DNA of 33,412 nucleotides from an uncultured Gammaproteobacteria bacterium (GTDB taxonomy: Bacteria > Patescibacteriota > Patescibacteriia > Magasanikbacterales > GWA2-37-8). Below are positions 17,970 through 25,608 of this stretch, piece by piece (the stretch's first letter is position 1; each line of letters opens with the position of its first letter). Under the pieces are notes generated by a model. It ran no database searches, had not been told where the DNA came from, and saw only the letters and a program-made list of their open reading frames with translations. The position numbers and the translations under genes were made by a program. Location of the stretch: the NCBI GenBank assembly GCA_964363145.1, contig CAYIHE010000002.1, forward strand, positions 1-33,412. Direction: 5' to 3'.

Positions 17970-18941
17970 TTATATTTTTTTATTTTCAATTTTTAACCAG
18001 TGTTCAATCATCTCGTCCATCATGGCCTCAAAAGTACACTCCGGCTTCCATCCTAATTCCCGGCGAATTCTGGACGAATCCCCTTTTAAATACGGCAATT
18101 CTTCCGGTCGCAAGTATCTGGCATTTATTTGCACATATTCTTTATAATCCAGCCCCAGCTTTTTAAATACATATTCACACATATCCCGAACCGACCTGGT
18201 CTCGCCCGTTGCCACCACCCAATCTCCGGGTTTGTCTTGCTGTAAAATTAAGTGCATGGCCCGAACATAATCACGGCTGTGCCCCCAATCGCGGTATGAA
18301 TCCATATTACCCATTTCTAAGACTTTTTGCAGGCCTAATTTAATTCTAACAGCCGCCTTGACGACTTTATTTGTTACAAAATTACTTCCTCTTCGCGGGC
18401 TTTCGTGGTTAAATAATATACCGTTGGAGGCGTGCAGTTTATAACCGTTGCGATAATTGCGAACTATATTGTACCCAAATACTTTGGCGCAACCATAAGG
18501 CGACACCGGAGTCATCTTGGTGGTTTCTCTTTGATAGCCGTCTTCATCCACCGAAGTGCCAAACATTTCCGACGAACTTGCCTGATAAAACTTGGCATTG
18601 GGACAGATATTTTTATAGGCCTCCAAAATATTTAACACTCCTAGCGCGTTGGTTTGCACAGTAAATTGCGGAATGTCCGAACTAATTCGGACGTGGCTCT
18701 GCGCGGCTAAATTATATATTTCGTCAGGCTGAAACTTTCTTAAGGCGCGTTCTAATGATGACTGATCCAACAAATCACCATACTCCAATTTTACGTCAAG
18801 GTGATTTATTCTATTTTCTTGGTGTTCAACGGTGGAATTTCTCCTAACTATGCCGCTGACTTCATAGCCAAGAGACAGGAGGTATTCGGATAAATAACTG
18901 CCGTCTTGTCCCGCTATGCCGGTTATAAAAGCTTTTTTCAT
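17970..18941 (-). CDS. gmd: GDP-mannose 4,6-dehydratase
   Basis: AFITGIAGQDGSYLSEYLL, FYQASSSEMFG, SPYGCAKV, NGILFNHESPRRG and MGNMDSYRDWGHSRDYV are near-identical to canonical Gmd blocks. Confidence 0.9.
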   Translation of the reverse strand: MKKAFITGIAGQDGSYLSEYLLSLGYEVSGIVRRNSTVEHQENRINHLDVKLEYGDLLDQSSLERALRKFQPDEIYNLAAQSHVRISSDIPQFTVQTNALGVLNILEAYKNICPNAKFYQASSSEMFGTSVDEDGYQRETTKMTPVSPYGCAKVFGYNIVRNYRNGYKLHASNGILFNHESPRRGSNFVTNKVVKAAVRIKLGLQKVLEMGNMDSYRDWGHSRDYVRAMHLILQQDKPGDWVVATGETRSVRDMCEYVFKKLGLDYKEYVQINARYLRPEELPYLKGDSSRIRRELGWKPECTFEAMMDEMIEHWLKIENKKI

Positions 18942-18957
18942 AATTAATTTGCTTGGA

Positions 18958-19650
18958 TTATTTATTTAAATTATTTCTTATATATTGAAAAACTTCAGTG
19001 GCGTCCGGGTAATCATTGTCAGCAAACTCTGGGTGGCATTCATACCCATCGCCGAATTTTATATTTAGACCCAACTCGTCGGTAATTTCTTTTAAAGATA
19101 TCGTATTTCTTGAATTCACGTTTTCAATCCCGTTTTTTGTTAATTTTGAAAAAATAATTTCTGCCGCCTTTTCTACATCTATAAAACTATACCTGGAATC
19201 GCCGGACACAAATAAAGGATTTCCTTTTATGATATCGTATATTATTCCTTTGTTTAGCCCCTCGCCAAATAAATTTCCCAATCTAATAACTAAATTGTTT
19301 TGGTTAGAATTTAACACCAACTGCTCCGCCAAATGCTTGTGTATTCCATACGGATGGTTTAATTGGAGTTTCGCGGAAACAGTGCTTATTTGCACCAGTT
19401 TTTTATAGCGCCAATTATAGACAATTTCCGCCGTTAGCCCAACCGTGGCCTTAAAATCCGCCAAAGGATTATTTAACGCCCAATATCTTTTTGAGGGCGT
19501 GGCGGAATTTATCAGTATGTCAAATTCGCTATTGATAAAATCGTTATAATTTTTTTTATTTATCCCTATCAATTCGTTGTCGGTTTTGGCGATAAATCCG
19601 CACAAAGCCGATCCAACAAAACCGCCGCATCCAATTACACCTATCCGCAT
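18958..19650 (-). CDS. short NAD(P)-binding SDR, probable NDP-sugar 4-ketoreductase
   Basis: 230 aa. MRIGVIGCGGFVGS Rossmann start and HPYGIHK (YxxxK). Shorter than typical extended SDRs. Confidence 0.5.
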   Translation of the reverse strand: MRIGVIGCGGFVGSALCGFIAKTDNELIGINKKNYNDFINSEFDILINSATPSKRYWALNNPLADFKATVGLTAEIVYNWRYKKLVQISTVSAKLQLNHPYGIHKHLAEQLVLNSNQNNLVIRLGNLFGEGLNKGIIYDIIKGNPLFVSGDSRYSFIDVEKAAEIIFSKLTKNGIENVNSRNTISLKEITDELGLNIKFGDGYECHPEFADNDYPDATEVFQYIRNNLNK

Positions 19651-19673
19651 ATATGTAAAACTAAAAATTTATT

Positions 19674-20075
19674 TTAAATGATAGGATCAACTCTAAACGT
19701 GTCTGACTCATAATCTTTGCCGCCTCTTTTGCCTTCGGAAAATACTATAAACTCATTCCCCTTATCTGTTATTTTAAGCGTATGTATTTCGTTTGGTCCG
19801 GTTGATATCAGATCGCCGATTTTAGTCAAATACATCTTGGGCCCTTCTTTTGAATCCACGGGTTTATACCAATATTCCAGCTCGCCTTTGGTAATTAACA
19901 TATGCTGGGTTGTTTCCTTGTGATAATGATTGCCGCGAATAACGTTTGGTTCAGACACAACCACCGCCACATGGTGTATTTGAGTATTATAAAAAACATC
20001 GGCGATTACGCCCCTATCATCTTTGTGAACCTCCAAAGCCGAATCTTCGTTTTCGTATATATTTATTACTTTCAT
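19674..20075 (-). CDS. cupin-fold NDP-sugar epimerase/ketoisomerase (RmlC/FdtA/WxcM-like)
   Basis: 133 aa. DDRGVIADVF and RGNHYHKETTQ (RG-x-H-x-H) blocks as in small sugar-nucleotide cupins. First gene after the 194-nt intergenic region. Confidence 0.5.
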   Translation of the reverse strand: MKVINIYENEDSALEVHKDDRGVIADVFYNTQIHHVAVVVSEPNVIRGNHYHKETTQHMLITKGELEYWYKPVDSKEGPKMYLTKIGDLISTGPNEIHTLKITDKGNEFIVFSEGKRGGKDYESDTFRVDPII

Positions 20076-20085
20076 ATTTGAAATG

Positions 20086-20126
20086 AGTGAGAGAAAAAGT
20101 TAAATGTTTTTAACTTTTTCCGAGCG
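20086..20126 (-). promoter_or_regulatory. conserved leader module, copy A (11-mer / hairpin / 11-mer) upstream of the cupin gene
   Basis: The minus strand reads CGCTCGGAAAA, a stem-loop, TTTCTCTCACT, 9 nt, then ATG. A perfect 12-bp stem GAAAAAGTTAAA/TTTAACTTTTTC forms (plus-strand 20093-20104 / 20109-20120). The same two flanking 11-mers occur at 30926-30962. Confidence 0.45.
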
Positions 20127-20158
20127 AATGAGAATATATGCGGCGAAGCCCCTATATT
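20122..20158. repeat. 37-nt perfect direct repeat, copy 1
   Basis: GAGCGAATGAGAATATATGCGGCGAAGCCCCTATATT, identical to 20232-20268. Confidence 0.9.
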
Positions 20159-20231
20159 CGAAATGAGTGAATTAAATGATTTTAGAGAAAATAATGAGCT
20201 TGCTCGATTATTTTTGAATAAAATTATTTAT

Positions 20232-20268
20232 GAGCGAATGAGAATATATGCGGCGAAGCCCCTATATT
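20232..20268. repeat. 37-nt perfect direct repeat, copy 2 (abuts the stop codon of the C-methyltransferase gene)
   Basis: Identical 37-mer, 110 nt from copy 1. Together with ATATT(T/C)GAAATGAGTGA at 20074-20090 and 20154-20170, this defines two diverged tandem modules. Confidence 0.9.
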
Positions 20269-20269
20269 T

Positions 20270-21523
20270 CTATACTTCTATAAATTTAATTTTTGAATTT
20301 ATCTTTAATAATATTTGTTTTAAGTTGTCCGATAAATTCCAAGATAAAATCAAGGCATAGACCTCGTCGTAATCCGCAAATACTTCATCGGCCACAATTG
20401 GTATCCTGGTTAAAGGAGTAAACTTGCCCTGTTTATATACCGAACTGTCCGTTACGTATTTTAATACGGACGCATCTAATTTATAATAATTTAAAAAGGT
20501 GTTAGCTTTGGCCGCGGCTCCCACTCCGATAATCGGTGCGTCTGGATAATTAACTTTAAGATTATACAAACGCTGAAGGAATAGGTTTCTTCTGCCAAGC
20601 AGTTCTTTTTGCCAACCAACATAAGTCTCCGGTTTAAATAAACCCAGCTCTTCTTCGTTATTAATGGCGTCGGCTACTTTATTTACCAAAACCGGTGCGG
20701 CTGATTTCTTGGCATAAACGCGGAGTGAACCGCCGTGATAATCCACTTTTTCAAAATCAAATATCTCCAATCCGGCTGCTTTTAATAAATTAAAAGATGA
20801 TTTAATCGTAAAATAGCTTACATGCTCATGATATATTTGATCAAACTTTTTTGATTTAAATGTGTCTTCCCAGTAAGGCAGTTCAAACACAAACACGCCA
20901 CTATCGCTTAACAAATCTGCCGCGCCTTTGGCAAAATCCAAAGGATTATTAGAGTGATTAAACACGTTGTTGGCTATAATCAACTCCGCTGTCCCCTGTT
21001 TATTTTTAATATTTTTAGCCAGTTTTTCGGTAAAACAATCATTAATGGCATTCATGCCTTTTCCCGACATTAAATCGCACATTTCTTTTGACGTATCCAC
21101 GCCCAAAGTTACATTGTCAGAAGAAAAATGATTTAGTAAATAGCCATCATTACTGCCGATTTCAATAACTGTTTTATTTTTTATGACGAAACGCTCCGCA
21201 ATGGTTTTATGATAATTATCCCAATGATTCCGTGAAAATTGCGAATTGGCCGATGTGTACGAATAGGCGTATAAATTATACCTTTCAAAGTCGTCGGTAA
21301 TGTACCCCAACTGAATTTGGCCGGAATTTGGATTAAGATAAACTTCCAAAGGAAAAACCGGTTCTGACAAACCAAGCTGATCTTTATTTATAAAAGTATC
21401 TGCATAGGGGTGCATCCCTAAATCAACAATCTTGACTACCGGTTCGCCAGTTATAAGGCAATTACTGGTTAATCGGCTGTTTGTCTGTTTGGATTCCGTT
21501 GTATGGTCCGTTTTTAAATTCAT
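20270..21523 (-). CDS. NDP-hexose C-methyltransferase (TylCIII/NovU-type, SAM-dependent)
   Basis: 417 aa. N-terminal C..TGEPVVKIVDLGMHPYAD (zinc-binding-domain-like, but only one Cys is visible), YSYTSANSQ, SAM motif VIEIGSNDGYLL, and C-terminal DYHGGSLRVY typical of sugar C-methyltransferases. Confidence 0.8.
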   Translation of the reverse strand: MNLKTDHTTESKQTNSRLTSNCLITGEPVVKIVDLGMHPYADTFINKDQLGLSEPVFPLEVYLNPNSGQIQLGYITDDFERYNLYAYSYTSANSQFSRNHWDNYHKTIAERFVIKNKTVIEIGSNDGYLLNHFSSDNVTLGVDTSKEMCDLMSGKGMNAINDCFTEKLAKNIKNKQGTAELIIANNVFNHSNNPLDFAKGAADLLSDSGVFVFELPYWEDTFKSKKFDQIYHEHVSYFTIKSSFNLLKAAGLEIFDFEKVDYHGGSLRVYAKKSAAPVLVNKVADAINNEEELGLFKPETYVGWQKELLGRRNLFLQRLYNLKVNYPDAPIIGVGAAAKANTFLNYYKLDASVLKYVTDSSVYKQGKFTPLTRIPIVADEVFADYDEVYALILSWNLSDNLKQILLKINSKIKFIEV

Positions 21524-21872
21524 AGAATTTAGTGTTATCCGCTAATACTTCCAAACTATGGCCTCCTCTGAACAGGACAATGCAATCTCCCGGTTCTAAT
21601 ATAATTTCCGTTAAAAAAGAGTCGTCCAGGTCATACAAAACCGCCTTGAGCTTTCCCGACAGTATTACCCACGCCTCTTGGGTGAGCTCGGTTTCCCTGT
21701 GTTGTGGATTGTGTTTATGCGCCTTTATTTTAACGTCTAATTTCAAATTCCTGGCGCAAACCTGCACAAGCTCTTCGGCCGGACTTAAATCCTCCCGATA
21801 ATCGGAAATGTCTTTGTTTGCCACGCAAGAAGCTATTAGTGTTTGCGGGGATACTTTGGAAAATACCTTCAT
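21462..21872 (-). CDS. cupin-fold protein, WbuC-like
   Basis: 136 aa. HKHNPQH...E metal-type block and C-terminal YEFKNGPY resembling WbuC-family cupins of O-antigen loci. The 3' end overlaps the C-methyltransferase ORF by 62 nt. Confidence 0.45.
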   Translation of the reverse strand: MKVFSKVSPQTLIASCVANKDISDYREDLSPAEELVQVCARNLKLDVKIKAHKHNPQHRETELTQEAWVILSGKLKAVLYDLDDSFLTEIILEPGDCIVLFRGGHSLEVLADNTKFYEFKNGPYNGIQTDKQPINQ

Positions 21873-21934
21873 AATAGCGCTTAAACCGTGCCTTTTGACA
21901 CGACTGTATTATGTCAACATTATAATCTTTTCCT

Positions 21935-24664
21935 TTAATTTTGGCAACCTCCGCGGCTATTTAGCAACATAGCCATATCTTCGCTGCTTGTAGCAACAAC
22001 CGCATAGTGATTTTTTATCGTTTTATTGATTCTGATATCAACAAGATCGTTGCCGAATTGAGTATAAAATTCGCTAAACGGATAAATAAATACTTTGCTG
22101 GTTTTATTGCATTTTAAAAAATCAACCGCGTAATCCGACTCACGCTTAAAAAACATTTCGGTAAAAGAAGGAATATCCAAAACCGAACGCGTATGCGACT
22201 CGCCGTAATACACGCCATCAAACCCCCCGGCCAAAATTATCACGCTCTCTCCTTCTGCGGTATTACTTTTTATAAAATCTATATTCTTTGTTAATGGTGT
22301 TTCTGATTTCTGAAAAAAAGAGTTAAGCCCAATGGACGACCATTTATAATACCCACGGCTTTTATATAAAATACTAAGCGGGGATGAAAGAATAAAAAAT
22401 ATTACCATTAAAAATAACAAGGCATGCCCGTACAATTTTGGATGAGAAACAACTATACTATATAAAATATCGGCAAAAATTGTCAATAAAATAAGGGGCA
22501 GATATAACGGCAAATAAAATGTCGCGTCGTGCGATCTGCCTTCGTAGTAACTAAACAAGCCCATACCTAAAATAGACAAAAGAAAAATAGAAGTATTTCT
22601 CCAATCACCGTCTTTAACCAGCCATTTTTTGATTGATAACAACAAACCGCTAAGAAAAACTAGCATTACCAAAATCCATACGTGAGGAAAAGGCATGGCA
22701 ATCATCATAAAACCGTCATAAAACATTTTTTGATACAGAAAAAACATGGCCAGGTTTGGAACATGACCGCTTCGTAAAAATGTATAACCGGCATAACCGG
22801 CAAAAACAACCGTCAGCGCCAGCGCGCCAAGAAAAAGATGCCGGGCGATATTTTTAATCATTATTTTTTTGTCACCGTTAAACGCTTCCGTGTAAATCAA
22901 GGCCAATATCCAAGAAACAAAAACCATAATTCCGGAATCAAAGTTCCATAAAATAGACAGGGCGCTTATGATAAATAATAAATAATAAATAATCCGGTTT
23001 CTGTTTTTAAAATAAATAGAAGAGAGAAGCAAAAGTAGGCTGGGAAAAAAAGTCCTAATCGGCCAATACTGAAAATACGGATACGGATTGGCCGAACCAT
23101 CCAATAAATAAATCGCGATCGTGCTAAATCCTAACAATAAAATTATATTATTTTTTACTAACCGGCGAAGGAAAAGAAAAATAAATAGAAAACTCAAGCT
23201 TAACAGCAAGCCCATTATTGTTGTAACAGATAAGATGTTTAAACCGATTAGCTTAAATATAGGCTCTAAAAATACAGGATACAGACCATACTGGCTGGAT
23301 AAATTTACTAACAACGTCTTACCGGCCATTACTTGTGAAATGGGATAAAAAATCGGATTGGCGTGATTAACAATATTTTGTATATCAATTAAACTGGAGG
23401 TGTTTACATTGATGACGCTTATAAAAAAAACCACTGCCATTAACAGGCCGGAAAACAAATATACTAAATTTTTAATTAAATTATCATATTTATCTTTTTT
23501 TAGTAAAAGAATAATATAAACGCCGACTGGAAATAAGACTAAGCCGTATAAATACTTGCCTACACCGCTAAGAAAAAAATTCTTTCCGGTGTACATAAAA
23601 TTACTAACCGCCAAACCGATATACGCAATTGCAAAAAGCAACAGTGGGGCGGCAATGCTGGCAATAAAATACAAACGACCAATAATTTCGTCTTTTATTT
23701 TAGAAACATAGCGACTAAATAATTTATAAAAAATAAGCAACAAAAACGGGCTTAATAAAATACTAAGTGAGAATTGCGCTCTTTCTACTGTTTTGGGTAT
23801 AAAAGACGGCAAAAACTTATCTAAATAAATTTTAGAGGCTTCCGCTAATATGTGGGCGGTGTCCGGTTTATAAAAAGACTTTATAAAAAGACATAACAAA
23901 AATAAAACGATAGAAGTGGCAATAATGCTTAAAGCAAAAACCACTAACTCTCGCTTGCTACGCAAATCCATATCCGGATCATTAACATTGGTATTTTTGC
24001 GTTTAACAATAGATAGAATGAAAAAAATTATTATTAAAACCACAACTAACAACAAAAAAGTTTTAACCGCGGAAACTATCGGTTTTTGCACCAAATACTC
24101 ACTGCCTTTAAAATTCAAGCTGGACAAAAGGCCGGAGACTAAGGGAATTTGCGTATGCCACGGCTTTACTTTCACATTATCCGGCGCTTCATACACAAAA
24201 TAACCGGGACTGCCGTTTATGTCGCTCATAAACCAGCCGCCGCTTTTTGTTTCTATTTTTTTCCACTCGGACAAAAACCGATCTTTGGTAAAAACAAAAT
24301 CTTTTTCTCCAAGTGAAATAGTGATTTTTGAAAACTGGCCAAGACTTTCACTATTCATGCCTACTAATATTTTATTTACGAAAGTTTGACTCGGATTATT
24401 CCACTCATTTTTATTTCCTTCCAATATTCTGGTTAAATTCATGGTATTGCCGGCCCGCGATAATGTTGCCAGCACTCTGATAGATGTCAGATTGACCGCG
24501 TCCAACCCGTCAACTTTTATTGACAATGGATCAAGAACAGCTCGGCTGGTAATAACCGCTATAATATTCCCCATCCAAATAACGGCAAAAATAAAAAAAC
24601 AGGACAAAATTATGGCCCCCAAGTATTTTTTTAAAAAAACAAACATCTCGCCAATCATAAACAT
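21935..24664 (-). CDS. very large polytopic membrane protein (909 aa), unknown family
   Basis: N-terminal TM anchor, a hydrophilic domain of about 160 aa (residues ~40-200), at least 16 hydrophobic helices, and a C-terminal soluble domain of about 140 aa. No recognisable motif. Confidence 0.55.
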   Translation of the reverse strand: MFMIGEMFVFLKKYLGAIILSCFFIFAVIWMGNIIAVITSRAVLDPLSIKVDGLDAVNLTSIRVLATLSRAGNTMNLTRILEGNKNEWNNPSQTFVNKILVGMNSESLGQFSKITISLGEKDFVFTKDRFLSEWKKIETKSGGWFMSDINGSPGYFVYEAPDNVKVKPWHTQIPLVSGLLSSLNFKGSEYLVQKPIVSAVKTFLLLVVVLIIIFFILSIVKRKNTNVNDPDMDLRSKRELVVFALSIIATSIVLFLLCLFIKSFYKPDTAHILAEASKIYLDKFLPSFIPKTVERAQFSLSILLSPFLLLIFYKLFSRYVSKIKDEIIGRLYFIASIAAPLLLFAIAYIGLAVSNFMYTGKNFFLSGVGKYLYGLVLFPVGVYIILLLKKDKYDNLIKNLVYLFSGLLMAVVFFISVINVNTSSLIDIQNIVNHANPIFYPISQVMAGKTLLVNLSSQYGLYPVFLEPIFKLIGLNILSVTTIMGLLLSLSFLFIFLFLRRLVKNNIILLLGFSTIAIYLLDGSANPYPYFQYWPIRTFFPSLLLLLSSIYFKNRNRIIYYLLFIISALSILWNFDSGIMVFVSWILALIYTEAFNGDKKIMIKNIARHLFLGALALTVVFAGYAGYTFLRSGHVPNLAMFFLYQKMFYDGFMMIAMPFPHVWILVMLVFLSGLLLSIKKWLVKDGDWRNTSIFLLSILGMGLFSYYEGRSHDATFYLPLYLPLILLTIFADILYSIVVSHPKLYGHALLFLMVIFFILSSPLSILYKSRGYYKWSSIGLNSFFQKSETPLTKNIDFIKSNTAEGESVIILAGGFDGVYYGESHTRSVLDIPSFTEMFFKRESDYAVDFLKCNKTSKVFIYPFSEFYTQFGNDLVDIRINKTIKNHYAVVATSSEDMAMLLNSRGGCQN

Positions 24665-24672
24665 TGGAATGT

Positions 24673-25557
24673 TTACAGCGGTGGTTCCGCGTCTAAACTG
24701 GGCGCGGTTAACTGGTAATACTCTGTCATTTCAGCCAAAGAATCATTAAGGTTGGTAAAGGTTATTTCGCCCATTTCCGCTTTTAGTCTATCCATGTTGC
24801 AGGAGTATTCTTTGTTTAACCCCGGATTTTTTACCACAAATGCCAAATCTTTTTCGGTTGCGGATAAAACTTTTTTAGCGATAGAAACCAAATCCATTGC
24901 TTCGCCGCGACCGATGTTATAAAAAGTTTGCCGCGGTTTATTGATAATAAAATAATTTAGGATTTTGACAAAATCATTTATATACAAATAATCAAAATAG
25001 ACATTCTGATTTATGATTATTTGCATATCTGAAATCGCTCGGCAAATCGCTTCGGAAATAAACCTAATTTTATAGTCTTCGTATTTACCATACACTCCAA
25101 ACAGACGCAGGTGCGTGATAAAATCTACGTTTTCAGCGTATTTGGCCATGATGTATTTGGCCACGCCATAATGATCGGTGGGCACGCGCCGGTCGAAGTC
25201 TTCCTCTTTTATTTTTACTATGTCGCGCCGCTTGTCATATTCGGCGCCGGAGCCAAGCACGATCATTCTTTTATAATAATCTTTGCACCTTACTAAATTA
25301 AAAAACATTTGCATGTTCTTTTCCAATACCCATTCCACACCCACCCATTTTTGACTACGATTGCCGCCCACGTTGGCGGCGTGAATTACTATGTCTATAT
25401 TATTATTTTTTATATATTCAAAAACGGCATCCGCATCAGTTAAATCCAGCTCCTGGCTAAATGGGGCCAAAAAATCATGCTCGTAACTCAATATCTCCAA
25501 AATATTTCGGCCAATAAACCCACCGCCGCCGGTTAAAAAAATTCTTAATTTTTTCAT
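24673..25557 (-). CDS. extended-SDR NDP-sugar reductase/epimerase (GDP-fucose-synthase/RmlD-like)
   Basis: Start moved to the ATG at 25555-25557 (MKKLRIFLTGGGGFIGRNILE...). Shows LDLTD..AV, HAANVGG, YGVAK (YxxxK). By-eye alignment to E. coli GDP-fucose synthase suggests the epimerase Cys (GSSC) and His are replaced (GSGA; YGKYEDY), so a reductase-only role is possible. Confidence 0.65.
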   Translation of the reverse strand: MKKLRIFLTGGGGFIGRNILEILSYEHDFLAPFSQELDLTDADAVFEYIKNNNIDIVIHAANVGGNRSQKWVGVEWVLEKNMQMFFNLVRCKDYYKRMIVLGSGAEYDKRRDIVKIKEEDFDRRVPTDHYGVAKYIMAKYAENVDFITHLRLFGVYGKYEDYKIRFISEAICRAISDMQIIINQNVYFDYLYINDFVKILNYFIINKPRQTFYNIGRGEAMDLVSIAKKVLSATEKDLAFVVKNPGLNKEYSCNMDRLKAEMGEITFTNLNDSLAEMTEYYQLTAPSLDAEPPL

Positions 25558-25608
25558 AAAATTAGACAAAAATTGCTCTTTTACGGTATTTTTTAGTGTA
25601 CCTAAAAT

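Noticed and set aside
20122-20268. Possible mini-CRISPR array (37-nt repeats)
   Set aside because: There are only two copies, with a 73-nt spacer. The flanks also belong to a larger tandem duplication, and no cas genes are in the window.
20104-20360. Two plus-strand small ORFs in the repeat region: a 20-aa MFLTFSERMRIYAAKPLYSK at 20104-20166 and the 65-aa track ORF at 20163-20360. Both encode ERMRIYAAKPLY from the 37-mer, and the first is preceded by a purine-rich GAGAGAAAAAG
   Set aside because: The related motif at 30926-30962 is conserved at the nucleotide level, but there TTTTCCGAGCG falls in a different reading frame (LFRA versus FSER). Conservation therefore looks like DNA/RNA rather than peptide. 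The 65-aa ORF also runs antisense into the C-methyltransferase gene. Small peptides cannot be strictly excluded without expression data.
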